The position numbers and the translations under genes are program-made. Below are positions 1 through 10,505 of a stretch of DNA of 64,000 nucleotides, piece after piece. This DNA is from Bdellovibrionales bacterium (GTDB lineage: Bacteria; Bdellovibrionota; Bdellovibrionia; Bdellovibrionales; UBA1609). The notes beneath the pieces are model-generated. The model had not been told where the DNA came from, searched no databases, and was given only the letters and a program-made list of their open reading frames with translations. Location of the stretch: contig OZ241329.1 of assembly GCA_965199825.1 (NCBI GenBank), forward strand, positions 1,736,556-1,800,555, given 5' to 3'. The first letter of the stretch is position 1, and the number at the start of each line of letters is the position of its first letter.

Positions 1-595
1 TGAACCTTATGTGAAACTTTCTCTCCACACGCCGTCCGAATATATCGGTGCGATATTAAAGTTGTGTGAAGACAAACGTGGCACCCAAATCAAAATGGAA
101 TATATTTCGGAAAACAAAGTGATCATCGAATATAAATTGCCACTGAATGAGATGGTGATCGATTTTTATGACAAGCTTAAGAGTGTTTCTAAAGGGTATG
201 CGAGTATGGAATATGAACTCGCAAATTGGGAAACCTCCGATTTGGTCAAACTCGATATTCTGATTAACGCTGAACCGGTGGATGCCCTTTCGATTATTGT
301 TCATCGATCAAAAGCTTTGTCGCGTGGGCGCGCCCTCACCGAAAAACTAAAAGAGTTAATCCATCGCCAACAATTTCAAATCGCCATTCAAGCGGCGATT
401 GGAGTTAAGGTGATTGCGCGTGAAACTCTTGGAGCCCTTCGTAAAGATGTGACCGCAAAATGTTACGGCGGCGATATCAGTCGAAAACGTAAACTTCTCG
501 AAAAACAAAAAGAAGGCAAAAAACGAATGAAGTCGGTGGGCAATGTCGAAGTGCCACAAGAGGCCTTCCTTGCCATCTTAAAAGTTGAGGAGTGA
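1..595 (+). CDS. lepA: Elongation factor 4 (LepA), C-terminal part; the 5' end lies upstream of the window
   Basis: The frame is open to the window edge. LepA C-terminal domain sequence is present ([45 protein letters not shown]). The gene is followed by lepB, as is usual. Confidence 0.9.
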   Translation, partial: EPYVKLSLHTPSEYIGAILKLCEDKRGTQIKMEYISENKVIIEYKLPLNEMVIDFYDKLKSVSKGYASMEYELANWETSDLVKLDILINAEPVDALSIIVHRSKALSRGRALTEKLKELIHRQQFQIAIQAAIGVKVIARETLGALRKDVTAKCYGGDISRKRKLLEKQKEGKKRMKSVGNVEVPQEAFLAILKVEE

Positions 596-1351
596 GTGTT
601 TCTCAAACGAAAATTTTGGGTTGAGGGCACAGGTTCTTTTTTGCTGGCAGTTCTGTTGGCACTCACAGTTCGTTGGGCTTTTCTTGAGGCCTACGCAATC
701 CCAAGCGCAAGCATGCTTCCGACTTTGCTCATCAATGATCATATCTTTATAAATAAAATTTTATTTGGTTTGCGTGTCCCGATGACTGAGCAATGGCTGA
801 TTCATTTTTCGGGACCCAAGCGCGGTGATGTTGTTGTGTTCCGTTATCCCAAAGACAAATCGCAATATTACATCAAACGCATTATTGGATTGCCGGGCGA
901 TCGAGTATTTTTCGAAAATGGCAATCTCTACGTCAATGAGCATGTGGTCGAACGAAAAAAGCCCGAGGAGCTCAAACAAGATTTCTTATGGGTTCGCGAT
1001 CAAGATTTTCAAGGCGAAGAATCTTCGGGCGGTAAAGAAAATTACACTCATTGGGAAGAATCCTTAGACGACACCGAATACAGCGTTCTTTTAAGAAAAG
1101 AACAGCCCCTCCATGTAAGCTACGGTCCATTCACAGTGCCTCAAGATCATTTTTTTGTGATGGGTGATAATCGAAATAATTCGCAAGATTCAAGAGAATG
1201 GAGCGAACAAAAAAGGTTTGTCCCCAGAGATTATTTAGTGGGACGAGCGATGTTTGTCTGGTTGTCTTGTGAAAAAACCTTCGCCTCTGTTCCATTTTTA
1301 TGCCATCCCTTAACAGTGCGTTGGAATAGATTTTTCCATACCGTCCGTTGA
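596..1351 (+). CDS. lepB: Signal peptidase I (copy 1)
   Basis: GTG start directly after the lepA stop. N-terminal TM helix. Catalytic Ser box SASMLPTL, Lys box YIKRIIGLPGD, box E GDNRNNSQDSR. Confidence 0.9.
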   Translation: MFLKRKFWVEGTGSFLLAVLLALTVRWAFLEAYAIPSASMLPTLLINDHIFINKILFGLRVPMTEQWLIHFSGPKRGDVVVFRYPKDKSQYYIKRIIGLPGDRVFFENGNLYVNEHVVERKKPEELKQDFLWVRDQDFQGEESSGGKENYTHWEESLDDTEYSVLLRKEQPLHVSYGPFTVPQDHFFVMGDNRNNSQDSREWSEQKRFVPRDYLVGRAMFVWLSCEKTFASVPFLCHPLTVRWNRFFHTVR

Positions 1352-1367
1352 TGAAAGGAAATTCATT

Positions 1368-2102
1368 TTGAATAAGCAGGGAACATTTCTCCAGAGCGTG
1401 ATCTCTTTTGTCACAGCGGTTTTGATTATTCTTTCGATTCGCTGGTTGTTATTTGAACCCTTCGTGATTCCTTCAGGAAGCATGATTCCTTCTCTTCTTG
1501 TGCACGATCATATTTTGGTCGTAAAGGCCGCCTACGGAGTGCGACTTCCATTTACCCAAAAATATTTGATTGAATACAATCAACCTTCACGCGGTGATGT
1601 GGTTGTTTTTCGCTCGGTTGAAAATCCTGACATGATTATGATTAAACGCGTCGTGGGACTTCCAGGCGATATGATTGAAGTCAGCGAAGAGGGTTACCTT
1701 TCAATCAATCACGAAAAAGTTCAAATCGAGCCGCTCCCTCATCCCGAAACAGATCAGGGTCCGTTTTACTCGGTCAATCCGGTGGATCTGCAAAAATCCT
1801 ACAGCGAGATCACTATGTTTCGTCAGCATCTGGGGCTTCATGACCACCGCGCCATGCTGTTTAAGCAAGACTACCGTTTAGGTACAGGTGAATTTCAGGT
1901 TCCAATCGATCATTATTTTATGATGGGGGATAACCGCGACAATTCACGCGACTCGCGCTGGTGGGGTCCATTACCCAAAAATCAAATCTTGGGTAAAGCT
2001 TTGTTTGTCTGGCTCAGTTGTGAAGAGACACTTCCGTTTATCAACTTCATTTGCAATCCGCTCGAACTGAGATGGAAAAGGTTTGGCCACATTATCGAGT
2101 AA
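1368..2102 (+). CDS. lepB: Signal peptidase I (copy 2, tandem paralog)
   Basis: TTG start. TM helix. SGSMIPSL, MIKRVVGLPGD and GDNRDNSRDSR motifs. C-terminal tail is similar to copy 1. Confidence 0.88.
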   Translation: MNKQGTFLQSVISFVTAVLIILSIRWLLFEPFVIPSGSMIPSLLVHDHILVVKAAYGVRLPFTQKYLIEYNQPSRGDVVVFRSVENPDMIMIKRVVGLPGDMIEVSEEGYLSINHEKVQIEPLPHPETDQGPFYSVNPVDLQKSYSEITMFRQHLGLHDHRAMLFKQDYRLGTGEFQVPIDHYFMMGDNRDNSRDSRWWGPLPKNQILGKALFVWLSCEETLPFINFICNPLELRWKRFGHIIE

Positions 2103-2140
2103 TTGACTTAAAAAAATCGGCAAGGCTATATTCTGAGCCG

Positions 2141-3091
2141 ATGTCATTGATCGGTCGTTCATTTTTAAGTACCGAAAACTTGTCGCTTGAAGATACCGAA
2201 TCTCTTTTCTCTACAGCTAAAATATTTAAAACCGAATTCAATCAAAAGCAGCGCATCGATCATCTCATCAAAGATCAGCACCAGAGATGTTTGGCTCTTG
2301 CTTTTTTTGAACCCAGCACCAGAACTCGATTGAGTTTTCAGATGGCGGCTTTTCGACTTGGATTTCAGGTGGCAAGTCTCGACAGTGTAGCGGTCTCAAG
2401 TGTGAGTAAGGGTGAGACTTTAAGTGACACATTAAAAGTTTTAGCCGCGATGAAGCCCGATGCCTTAGTTGTTCGTTATGGTGAAAATTCAGATCTCGAA
2501 GAATGTATCAACGAAATGCAAATCCCTGTCATCAATGCCGGGAGCGGTCTTCACGAGCATCCCACTCAAGCTGTACTTGATGCATTCACCATTCTCGAAA
2601 ATCGGGGAAAAATTAAAGGCGAAAAAGTTTTAATCATTGGTGATGTGTTGCACTCTCGTGTGGCGAATTCAGCTTTACTTCTTTTGACAAAACTTGGTGC
2701 CGAGGTTGCGTTTTGTGCGCCCGAAGAATTTATTCCTCAAAGTCAAAACTGGAAGGCAGCCAAAAAATTCAACTCCCTTTCTGAAGGTGTTCAATGGGCG
2801 TCGGTCTGTATGTGTTTGCGCATCCAAAAAGAGCGTCACACTTTGCGCCACGACATCGGTCGCACAATGGCAGAATATCGTGAGCAATTTCGGTTCGGCA
2901 GCGCTCAACTCAAAATCTTTTTGAGCGATGGCATTTTGCTTCATCCTGGTCCGGTCATTCGCGGTATTGAAATGTCGACCAAGGCCCTTGAAGATCCTCG
3001 GAGTAAAGTGCTTGATCAGGTGACCAATGGCGTATTTGTTCGCGCCGCAATTTTGGCAAAAATATTTGGTTTAGAGGTAAAACAAAAGTGA
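2141..3091 (+). CDS. pyrB: Aspartate carbamoyltransferase catalytic subunit
   Basis: EPSTRTRLSF carbamoyl-phosphate site, HEHPTQ and LHPGP motifs. The start was taken at ATG 2141 (MSLIGRSFLS) rather than at ORF start 2051, which lies inside lepB. Confidence 0.88.
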   Translation: MSLIGRSFLSTENLSLEDTESLFSTAKIFKTEFNQKQRIDHLIKDQHQRCLALAFFEPSTRTRLSFQMAAFRLGFQVASLDSVAVSSVSKGETLSDTLKVLAAMKPDALVVRYGENSDLEECINEMQIPVINAGSGLHEHPTQAVLDAFTILENRGKIKGEKVLIIGDVLHSRVANSALLLLTKLGAEVAFCAPEEFIPQSQNWKAAKKFNSLSEGVQWASVCMCLRIQKERHTLRHDIGRTMAEYREQFRFGSAQLKIFLSDGILLHPGPVIRGIEMSTKALEDPRSKVLDQVTNGVFVRAAILAKIFGLEVKQK

Positions 3092-4158
3092 GCACTTCAG
3101 GCTTTTTGGTGCTGGAGACCGGGAATGTGTTCTCTGGTCTTTGGCATGGAGGCGAAGATCGGTGTGGCGAAGTTGTATTCACCACGAGTCATTCTGGCTA
3201 CGAAGAGACGGCCACCGACCCTTCTTATTATATGCAAATCTTAGTTTGCTCAGCTCCTCAACAAGGCAACTACGGCATCAATTCTGAGTTTTGGGAAAGT
3301 CGTCAGTTGTGGATTCAAGGATTTGTGTGTTTAGAACTTCAAGATTCAGCGCGCGACCAAAGTTGGAAAAATCTTTTAGCAAAAAATAAAATTCCGATGG
3401 TGTCAGAAATCGACACCAGAAAATTGATTTTAAAACTTCGCGAGAGCGGGACTTGTCTTGGCGCATTGGTGCAAGCAAGCGATGAAACCGAAGCCAAAAC
3501 AAAATTCGAAAAGCTAAAAAAAGAGTTTTTAAAAATAGACAAAGATTGGGTGCATGCGGTTTCAACCCAACAACCCGACGAGATCAAAGGCGAAAACTCT
3601 CAAGGACCACGGATTGCAATTTGTGATTACGGGGTGAAATCAAACAGCCTTCGTGAACTCAAAAAACGGAGCAGTGCTCTAAAAGTATTTCCCTCACGCA
3701 CTGTCGCCAAGGACATTTTGGATTGGAAACCTGATGGCATATTTTTATCCAATGGGCCTGGCGATCCGATGGACGTCCAAGTGGCGGTTCAAACCGTCAA
3801 AGATTTAATTAATAAAAAAATGATATTTGGAATTTGCATGGGTCATCAAATATTAGCTCTGGCTTTGGGAGCTCAAACCTACAAACTCAAATTTGGTCAT
3901 CGCGGTGTAAACCATCCGGTGCAAGACAATCTATTAAACAAAGTTTATATTACAAGCCAAAATCATGGTTATGCGGTCAAATCCGAAACCATCCCAGCAT
4001 CGGTTCAAGTTTCACATATGAACTTAAATGATCAGACCATCTCGGGAATCTTTTCGCCTGACAAAAAAGCGCTCAGTGTTCAGTTTCATCCTGAGAGTCA
4101 TCCCGGCCCCCATGATGCTACAGAAATTTTTGATTTTTTCGTGAAGGGACTTTCATGA
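3088..4158 (+). CDS. carA: Carbamoyl-phosphate synthase small (glutaminase) subunit
   Basis: GTGA overlap with the pyrB stop. GATase triad region GICMGHQILA and QFHPESHPGPHD. Confidence 0.93.
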   Translation: MSTSGFLVLETGNVFSGLWHGGEDRCGEVVFTTSHSGYEETATDPSYYMQILVCSAPQQGNYGINSEFWESRQLWIQGFVCLELQDSARDQSWKNLLAKNKIPMVSEIDTRKLILKLRESGTCLGALVQASDETEAKTKFEKLKKEFLKIDKDWVHAVSTQQPDEIKGENSQGPRIAICDYGVKSNSLRELKKRSSALKVFPSRTVAKDILDWKPDGIFLSNGPGDPMDVQVAVQTVKDLINKKMIFGICMGHQILALALGAQTYKLKFGHRGVNHPVQDNLLNKVYITSQNHGYAVKSETIPASVQVSHMNLNDQTISGIFSPDKKALSVQFHPESHPGPHDATEIFDFFVKGLS

Positions 4159-4811
4159 CAACCGAAGATATGTTTGATCGATTTATGCAGCATTTCACCT
4201 CAAAGGTTTTTATGCCCGAGGTTGAGGCCGCAAAACGCGAATTTTTTGAGCGAGCTGGTATTTTTGACGAATACTCTGCAGATTTTGAAATGAAGATGTC
4301 GCAGTTTATGGATTGGTATTTGTTTTCGAGGCGCCTCTTAAAGCAGGGTGTGGCCCCCATTGATCTTGCATTAGATAACCAAGAATTTTCGATTAGCGAA
4401 GATGAGCTCAAATATTTTGTGCGTCTTCGAAATCATCGCCATTCGTTATTTCAATATATCAAATTAAAGGGCAACGATGTGTATGTGCGGGATCTCTTTA
4501 GCAACGAAAAATTTGTGATCAAAGGATCCCCTGTCACAATCGGATTTAGTCCCGAAGAATATTTCGAGGCCCGCCTAATCCCTGCAGATGACACTTACAG
4601 TTTTGGAAAATCTTTTGTGATCCATCCTGCTAGTGTAAAAGAATTTATCGAGCAAGAAGTTGCAAAGGTTTCTGAAGTTCCACTGGCTGAACAAAAAGCG
4701 GCACAAGATGATTTGATCGTTCGACTTTTTAAGATGCGCTACAAGCGCGAACAATATCGCCATGTGGACATTCATGACATCTACTCCAACGAGCCGCGGT
4801 TGAGATTATAA
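4155..4811 (+). CDS. Hypothetical cytoplasmic protein (218 aa) embedded between carA and carB
   Basis: ATGA overlap with the carA stop. Its TAA stop sits 1 nt before the carB TTG start. Long clean ORF with no TM or signal peptide. I recognise no family motif. Confidence 0.6.
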   Translation: MTTEDMFDRFMQHFTSKVFMPEVEAAKREFFERAGIFDEYSADFEMKMSQFMDWYLFSRRLLKQGVAPIDLALDNQEFSISEDELKYFVRLRNHRHSLFQYIKLKGNDVYVRDLFSNEKFVIKGSPVTIGFSPEEYFEARLIPADDTYSFGKSFVIHPASVKEFIEQEVAKVSEVPLAEQKAAQDDLIVRLFKMRYKREQYRHVDIHDIYSNEPRLRL

Positions 4812-4812
4812 A

Positions 4813-7800
4813 TTGGCAAAACGACAAGACCTAAAAAAAGTTGTGATCTTTGGCAGTGGCCCCATCGTGATTGGCCAAGCCTGCGAGTTTGATTATTCGG
4901 GAACTCAAGCGTGCAAAGCCTTGATGAAAGAAGGACTCGAAGTTATTCTGATCAATTCGAATCCTGCAACCATCATGACCGACCCTGAGCTTGCCACCCG
5001 AGTTTATATTGAGCCCTTAAAGGCCGCGTTTGTTGAACGCATTTTAGAAATTGAAAAACCAGATGCAATTATTCCCACCTTGGGCGGGCAAACCGCGCTT
5101 AATTTAGCGCTCGAACTTTACGACTCAAAAGTTTTAGAACGATTAAATATTGAAATGCTCGGAGCAAAACCAAAAACAATCCGAGCCGCAGAAGATCGCG
5201 AAGAATTCGGCAAGATTCTTGATTCGCTTGGTGCCAAAGCTCCAAAAAGCAGAATGGTAAGGAATTTTGAGCAGGGACTCAAAGTCGCCGATGAGCTTGG
5301 ATTTCCATTGATCCTTCGCCCTAACTTTACCCTTGGTGGTGGGGGTGGTGGCATTGCCTATTCGCTCGAGGAGTATCAACAAAAAATCTTAAGTGCCCTT
5401 CATGAAAGTCCCACTAGCGAGGTTTTGGTCGAAGAAAGTATTTTGGGTTGGAAAGAATTTGAACTCGAAGTGATGCGCGACACCAAGGGCACGTTCGTTG
5501 TGGTCTGCTCAATCGAAAATTTTGACCCTTGTGGTGTTCACACCGGCGATAGCGTGACAGTCGCTCCACAACAAACTTTGACCGATGATGAATATCAAGC
5601 CATGCGCGATGAAGCCCAAAAAATTGTTGAGGCAGTGGGCATTGAGACCGGCGGGGCAAACATTCAATTTGCGGTGCATCCGACAACCAAAGAGCGTGTC
5701 GTTATTGAAATGAATCCAAGGGTCTCAAGATCCTCAGCACTTGCGAGTAAGGCCACAGGGTTTCCGATTGCCAAAATTGCCGCATTGCTAGCGATTGGCT
5801 ATGAGCTTAAAGAATTGCCAAATGATATTACAAAAAAAACTCCGTCATGCTACGAGCCCGCGCTCGATTATATCGTTACAAAAATCCCACGATTCGCTTT
5901 CGAAAAATTTGCGGGCGAAAAAGACAGCCTCACCACTCAGATGAAAAGTGTAGGGGAGGCCATGGGCCTTGGCCGCACTTTTAAAGAATCTTTGCAAAAA
6001 GCGGTTTTATCTTTAGAGGGTGATCCTTGCGGATTTCCGATATTGAATTTTTCGGTTGAAGAGTTGGGCTATCCTTCAAGTCAAAGACTCAACCAAATTT
6101 ATCAGGCTTTTCGTGATGGATTATCACTCGACCGTATTCATCAGCTCACCCAAGTGACACCTTGGTTTTTGGAGCGGATCGAAGAGTTGGTGCAGCTCGA
6201 AAAACAAATTTCGTCTCAGCCCCTGACAAAAGAATTTCTGCTCAAACTCAAACGCAATGGCTTTTCTGATGCAGCGATTGCACGCCAAAACAAAACTTCG
6301 GCGCAAGAGGTTCGATCGTTGCGAGCCAAATTAGAGATTCATCCAGGCTATCTCCAAGTGGATTCCTGTGCGGGCGAATTTCAATCCGAAACTCCTTATT
6401 TTTATTCAACCTATTGGAGCGATATGCGCCCCAAGGCTTCACAAAATAAAATGGTAGCTATTTTGGGAAGCGGCCCCAATCGAATCGGTCAGGGAATTGA
6501 ATTTGATTATTCCTGTGTGCGGGGTGTTTGGCAGTTTCAAAAATTAGGTTTTAAAGTGGCGATGATCAATTCGAATCCTGAGACTGTTTCAACCGATTAC
6601 GACACTTCAGATCAACTTTTTTTTGAACCGTTGACCGAAGAGCATGTCCTCGAAGTTTTAGATCTGATCAAACCCCAAGGCTTCATTGGCCAATTGGGCG
6701 GGCAAACTCCCATACAAATTTCTCCTCGTTTGGTCAAAGCGGGACATCATCTTTTGGGATCGTCACTCGAAGCGGTGGATCTTGCCGAAGATCGAGGTCG
6801 GTTTGCCGAGGTCTGTCGCGAATTGGATTTATTTATTCCGGCATCTGGAATGGCCACCTCGATTGAAGATGCAAAAAAAATCGCAACAAATATTGGATTT
6901 CCGCTGATGTGTCGACCAAACTATGTGCTCGGTGGGCGGCGCATGGAAATTATAGAAAATGATAGCGAGCTCGCTAGTTATTTTGATCGTCATCGCGGAT
7001 TTGTTTCGGCCCAAAACCCTTGCTTGATGGATCAATTTTTAGATCGCGCCTTAGAGGTCGATGTGGATCTGATTCGGGGCAAAGACTGGATGGTGGTCGG
7101 AGGAATTATCGAGCACATCGAGGCTGCAGGAGTGCACAGCGGGGATTCAATGGGAGTGGTTCCTCCCCAGAGATTAAAAGATGAAACCTGCACACGGATT
7201 GAGGAACTCGCAAAAAAACTTGCCGAGCGTCTAAATATAATTGGTTTTCTTAATCTTCAGCTCGCAGTTAAAGAAGATAAAATATTTGTGATCGAAGCCA
7301 ACCCACGAAGCTCGCGCAGTGTGCCCTTTATAGCTAAGGCCACTGGAGTTCCACTCGTTGATCTTGGTGTGATGGCCATTGCCGGATTAGACTCAAACCA
7401 AGTCAATCCGAGCAAATATCGTTGGCGCGATTCAAAAGAAATTTGTGTCAAAGGGGTGGTGTTTCCATTCAAGAAATTTTCGGGCAGTGATTCGATTCTT
7501 GGCCCAGAGATGAAGAGTACGGGTGAAAGTATGGGTCGTGATCTCGATTATTCAGAAGCACTGCTCAAGGCCCTGATCTCGAGTCACGTCGCACTTCCAC
7601 CGAGCGGCGAAGTGTTCTTATCTCTAAGGGAAAAAGACAAGATCGAACTCTTACCCACCATCCATGAGCTTTTGAATTTGGGTTACACATTGTCTGCGAC
7701 CTCGGGCACCGCAAAATTTTTAGGCGAAAATAATATTCGGTGCTTTACAGTCAAAAAAGTTCACGAAGGAAGACCTAATTGTGTGGACCGCATTCGTTCA

Positions 7801-7995
7801 GGCGAAGTCGCCTTTGTGATCAACACCACAAGCGGGCGCACGTCGATTGAAGCAAGTTTTGGTATTCGTCGCAGTTGTGTTGATTACTCACTTCCTTGTC
7901 TTACCGAGAGCGATGCTGCAATCGCATTTGTGATCGCATTAAAGCGCAATCGCCAAAAACGCTTTCAAGTTTCACCGTTGAACATGCCAATCTAA
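4813..7995 (+). CDS. carB: Carbamoyl-phosphate synthase large subunit
   Basis: 1060 aa with two ATP-grasp halves ([17 protein letters not shown] and [16 protein letters not shown]) and a C-terminal MGS-like allosteric domain. Confidence 0.95.
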   Translation: MAKRQDLKKVVIFGSGPIVIGQACEFDYSGTQACKALMKEGLEVILINSNPATIMTDPELATRVYIEPLKAAFVERILEIEKPDAIIPTLGGQTALNLALELYDSKVLERLNIEMLGAKPKTIRAAEDREEFGKILDSLGAKAPKSRMVRNFEQGLKVADELGFPLILRPNFTLGGGGGGIAYSLEEYQQKILSALHESPTSEVLVEESILGWKEFELEVMRDTKGTFVVVCSIENFDPCGVHTGDSVTVAPQQTLTDDEYQAMRDEAQKIVEAVGIETGGANIQFAVHPTTKERVVIEMNPRVSRSSALASKATGFPIAKIAALLAIGYELKELPNDITKKTPSCYEPALDYIVTKIPRFAFEKFAGEKDSLTTQMKSVGEAMGLGRTFKESLQKAVLSLEGDPCGFPILNFSVEELGYPSSQRLNQIYQAFRDGLSLDRIHQLTQVTPWFLERIEELVQLEKQISSQPLTKEFLLKLKRNGFSDAAIARQNKTSAQEVRSLRAKLEIHPGYLQVDSCAGEFQSETPYFYSTYWSDMRPKASQNKMVAILGSGPNRIGQGIEFDYSCVRGVWQFQKLGFKVAMINSNPETVSTDYDTSDQLFFEPLTEEHVLEVLDLIKPQGFIGQLGGQTPIQISPRLVKAGHHLLGSSLEAVDLAEDRGRFAEVCRELDLFIPASGMATSIEDAKKIATNIGFPLMCRPNYVLGGRRMEIIENDSELASYFDRHRGFVSAQNPCLMDQFLDRALEVDVDLIRGKDWMVVGGIIEHIEAAGVHSGDSMGVVPPQRLKDETCTRIEELAKKLAERLNIIGFLNLQLAVKEDKIFVIEANPRSSRSVPFIAKATGVPLVDLGVMAIAGLDSNQVNPSKYRWRDSKEICVKGVVFPFKKFSGSDSILGPEMKSTGESMGRDLDYSEALLKALISSHVALPPSGEVFLSLREKDKIELLPTIHELLNLGYTLSATSGTAKFLGENNIRCFTVKKVHEGRPNCVDRIRSGEVAFVINTTSGRTSIEASFGIRRSCVDYSLPCLTESDAAIAFVIALKRNRQKRFQVSPLNMPI

Positions 7996-8012
7996 TATGC
8001 TGCAATTACCGC

Positions 8013-8894
8013 ATGAGCGTTTTAGCAGTCGAGGGGCTTACCAAATCTTATAAAAAAGGATTTATTCCAAAATCCCAACGTGTGCTTGATGGGGTCAGCT
8101 TTAAACTTGAACCTGGGGTAATCACCGGATTTCTGGGCGGCAATGGTGCGGGAAAAACCACCACCATGAAATGCATTCTCGGATTGTCATTTCCAGACAG
8201 TGGCGACATTCGATTTTTTAATGGCTTACCACTTTCAAGTGAAGTCAAATCACGTATCGGATTTTTGCCTGAGCGCCCTTACTTTTATGATTACCTCACA
8301 GGCAAAGAATTTTTGCGCTTCTATGGTCAAATTTCAACCAAACTCAGTCGCAAAGATTTGGATTCAAGAATTTCAATTTTACTAAAACGTGTGGACCTCG
8401 AGCACGCCAAAGACAAACGGCTTAAAAATTACTCCAAAGGAATGCTCCAAAAAATTGGCTTAGCCCAAGCTTTGATTCATAACCCAGAATTGTTGATTCT
8501 TGATGAGCCCAAATCAGGGCTTGATCCTGACGGTCGATATTATTTAAGCGAGCTGATCAAAGAGATTGCCCGGAACGGCACAAGTGTTTTTCTCAGCAGT
8601 CATCTCTTGCACGATGCCGAAACTCTTTGCCAAAATCTGGTGATTTTAAGTGGCGGCAAAGTGGTGTACGAAGGTGCGACAGAAGCACTGATCGACCGCA
8701 TGGGCAAAACCATGGAGATCACATTTCTTGATGATCAAAAAAAGGTCTCCCAAAAGATTTCGAATGCAGCAGAACTTCAAACTCGAATCGACTCCTTGCG
8801 CGCCCAAAAAAAAGAAATCCTCGAAGTTCGAGTTCATCGCACGAGTTTAGAAGAAGCATTTATCGAGGTCGCGTTAAGAGGAAAGCCCCTATGA
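8013..8894 (+). CDS. ABC transporter ATP-binding protein (ABC-2 exporter type)
   Basis: Walker A GGNGAGKTT, signature-like YSKGMLQK, Walker B LLILDEP. The start was taken at ATG 8013 (MSVLAVEGLTKSY) because ORF start 7896 overlaps carB. Confidence 0.9.
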   Translation: MSVLAVEGLTKSYKKGFIPKSQRVLDGVSFKLEPGVITGFLGGNGAGKTTTMKCILGLSFPDSGDIRFFNGLPLSSEVKSRIGFLPERPYFYDYLTGKEFLRFYGQISTKLSRKDLDSRISILLKRVDLEHAKDKRLKNYSKGMLQKIGLAQALIHNPELLILDEPKSGLDPDGRYYLSELIKEIARNGTSVFLSSHLLHDAETLCQNLVILSGGKVVYEGATEALIDRMGKTMEITFLDDQKKVSQKISNAAELQTRIDSLRAQKKEILEVRVHRTSLEEAFIEVALRGKPL

Positions 8895-9658
8895 GAATCA
8901 TTTGGATTATCGCGGCCAACACTTACAGAGAAATCATTCGCGATCGAATTCTTTATGGACTTCTTATTTTTGCTCTTCTGCTGATCGGGATAAGTCTTGC
9001 CCTTGGACAGCTCAGTTTTGCTGAACAAGCCCGCATCTCTGCTGATTTTGGTCTTACGGCGATCCATATTTCGGCGGTGGTATTTTCGATTTTTATTGGG
9101 AGCACACTTGTTTATCGAGAGATCGATAAAAAAACAATTATGACCTTGCTGGCTCGGCCCATTACCCGACTCCAATTTGTTTTGGGTAAATGTTTGGGAC
9201 TGATGTTTGTCACCTGCACCTGCGTATGTGGACTTGCTGCTATCCTTGCACTTGTTTTTACGGGTGTAGGTATGCCGATGACAGAGCTCTTCCCATTTGC
9301 TCTTTTGGGCATTCTTCTCGAATCCATTTTACTCTTAGGGGTCACTGTCTTCTTTAGTAGCTTTGCAAGCCCCATGATGGTTGTGTCTTTTTCGGCGGCG
9401 ATTTTTTTGATTGGACATTGGGTGTCGAGTCTTAATTTTTTTGCAACCAAATCAAAGTCGGCGGTATTTCAAAGTTTGGCTTCATTTTTGATCACAGTGC
9501 TTCCTGATCTTGAAAAGTTCAATTGGCGATCAAACGTGATTTACAATGATGCTGTATCGATCAAAGAGATTTCCTTTGCGACTCTCTATTCTGCGGCATG
9601 GTTTAGTTGTTTTGTTCTGTGCGCGGTATTTATTTTTAGACGACGGGATTTTGGGTGA
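8891..9658 (+). CDS. ABC-2 family transporter permease
   Basis: ATGA overlap with the ATPase gene. About 6 predicted TM helices. N-terminus MRIIWIIAANTYREIIRDR is typical of NosY/ABC-2 permeases. Confidence 0.75.
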   Translation: MRIIWIIAANTYREIIRDRILYGLLIFALLLIGISLALGQLSFAEQARISADFGLTAIHISAVVFSIFIGSTLVYREIDKKTIMTLLARPITRLQFVLGKCLGLMFVTCTCVCGLAAILALVFTGVGMPMTELFPFALLGILLESILLLGVTVFFSSFASPMMVVSFSAAIFLIGHWVSSLNFFATKSKSAVFQSLASFLITVLPDLEKFNWRSNVIYNDAVSIKEISFATLYSAAWFSCFVLCAVFIFRRRDFG

Positions 9659-10437
9659 GTTTTGAAATTGGAGTGAGTTTTGTTTTAGGCCTTTTGTTCG
9701 GAAGTTTTGGCAATGTCATCATCTACCGCTGGCCACTGGGTCAAAATGTGGCTTGGCCCCGCAGCTTTTGTCCTTCTTGTAAAAAACCAATCCCTTGGTA
9801 TCTCAACATTCCGGTATGTTCTTGGATTTTTTTAAGAGGCCGCTGCCAAAATTGTCATGCTCACATTTCGATTCGATATCCGCTTGTAGAACTTCTTACC
9901 GCAGTGATCTTTGCGAGCATCACCTTTAAAATCGGTGTGTCGTGGCTTCTTCTCGAATATCTTATTTTTGCATTTGGTTTGGTTGTGGTGAGCGTGATCG
10001 ATCTTGATCATATGCTATTGCCAGATATTTTCACCCTGTCAGGAATTGTGATTGGTCTTGTCGGAGCTTGGCTTAATCCTGAACGAAGTTTTTTACCCAG
10101 CTTTTATGGCGTTTTGATGGGCGGCGGATTTTTGTGGGCGGTGGCTTATATTTATTTTGCACTTCGCAAAGAAGAAGGGATGGGCGGTGGCGATATTAAG
10201 TTACTTGCATGGATCGGCGCAATCCTCGGATGGACTGCAATTCCATTTGTGATTCTTTGCTCAAGCCTGCTGGGAACATTTATCGGAATCGGGAGTGCAA
10301 TCAAAAATAAGAAGGGACTTAAGTCGAGTATTCCATTTGGACCTTACTTGGCTTTAGCCGCGCTCATTTATATTCTTGGAGGCGATCAACTTGGACAGTG
10401 GTATCTCTCTCTCTTTTTGCCCGAACTTGCTCCTTAA
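9655..10437 (+). CDS. pilD: Type IV prepilin peptidase / N-methyltransferase (A24 family)
   Basis: GTGA overlap with the permease stop. CPSC...CQNC zinc motif followed by IRYPLVELLTA. Catalytic Asp regions VIDLDHMLLPD and GMGGGDIKLLA. Confidence 0.9.
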   Translation: MSFEIGVSFVLGLLFGSFGNVIIYRWPLGQNVAWPRSFCPSCKKPIPWYLNIPVCSWIFLRGRCQNCHAHISIRYPLVELLTAVIFASITFKIGVSWLLLEYLIFAFGLVVVSVIDLDHMLLPDIFTLSGIVIGLVGAWLNPERSFLPSFYGVLMGGGFLWAVAYIYFALRKEEGMGGGDIKLLAWIGAILGWTAIPFVILCSSLLGTFIGIGSAIKNKKGLKSSIPFGPYLALAALIYILGGDQLGQWYLSLFLPELAP

Positions 10438-10466
10438 TTGACAAGAGTTAGCCGGTCCGATTTAAT
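10438..10466 (+). promoter_or_regulatory. Sigma70-like promoter upstream of pilM
   Basis: TTGACA (10438-10443), a 17-nt spacer, then TTTAAT (10461-10466), about 40 nt upstream of the pilM ATG. Confidence 0.5.
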
Positions 10467-10505
10467 TTTAGCTTAAGGTCGAGTCGGCAAGGGGTTCCTA
10501 AAATA

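Noticed and set aside
5335-5352. A G-rich run (GGTGGTGGGGGTGGTGGC) in carB looked like a slippage-prone tract.
   Set aside because: It encodes the conserved Gly-rich ATP-grasp loop ([12 protein letters not shown]) and is interrupted by T at every third position, so it is not a homopolymer.
8834-9450. Two antisense ORFs of about 112 aa (8834-9175 and 9112-9450) lie opposite the ABC-2 permease gene.
   Set aside because: They are mirror-frame artefacts of a hydrophobic membrane-protein gene and have no start context.
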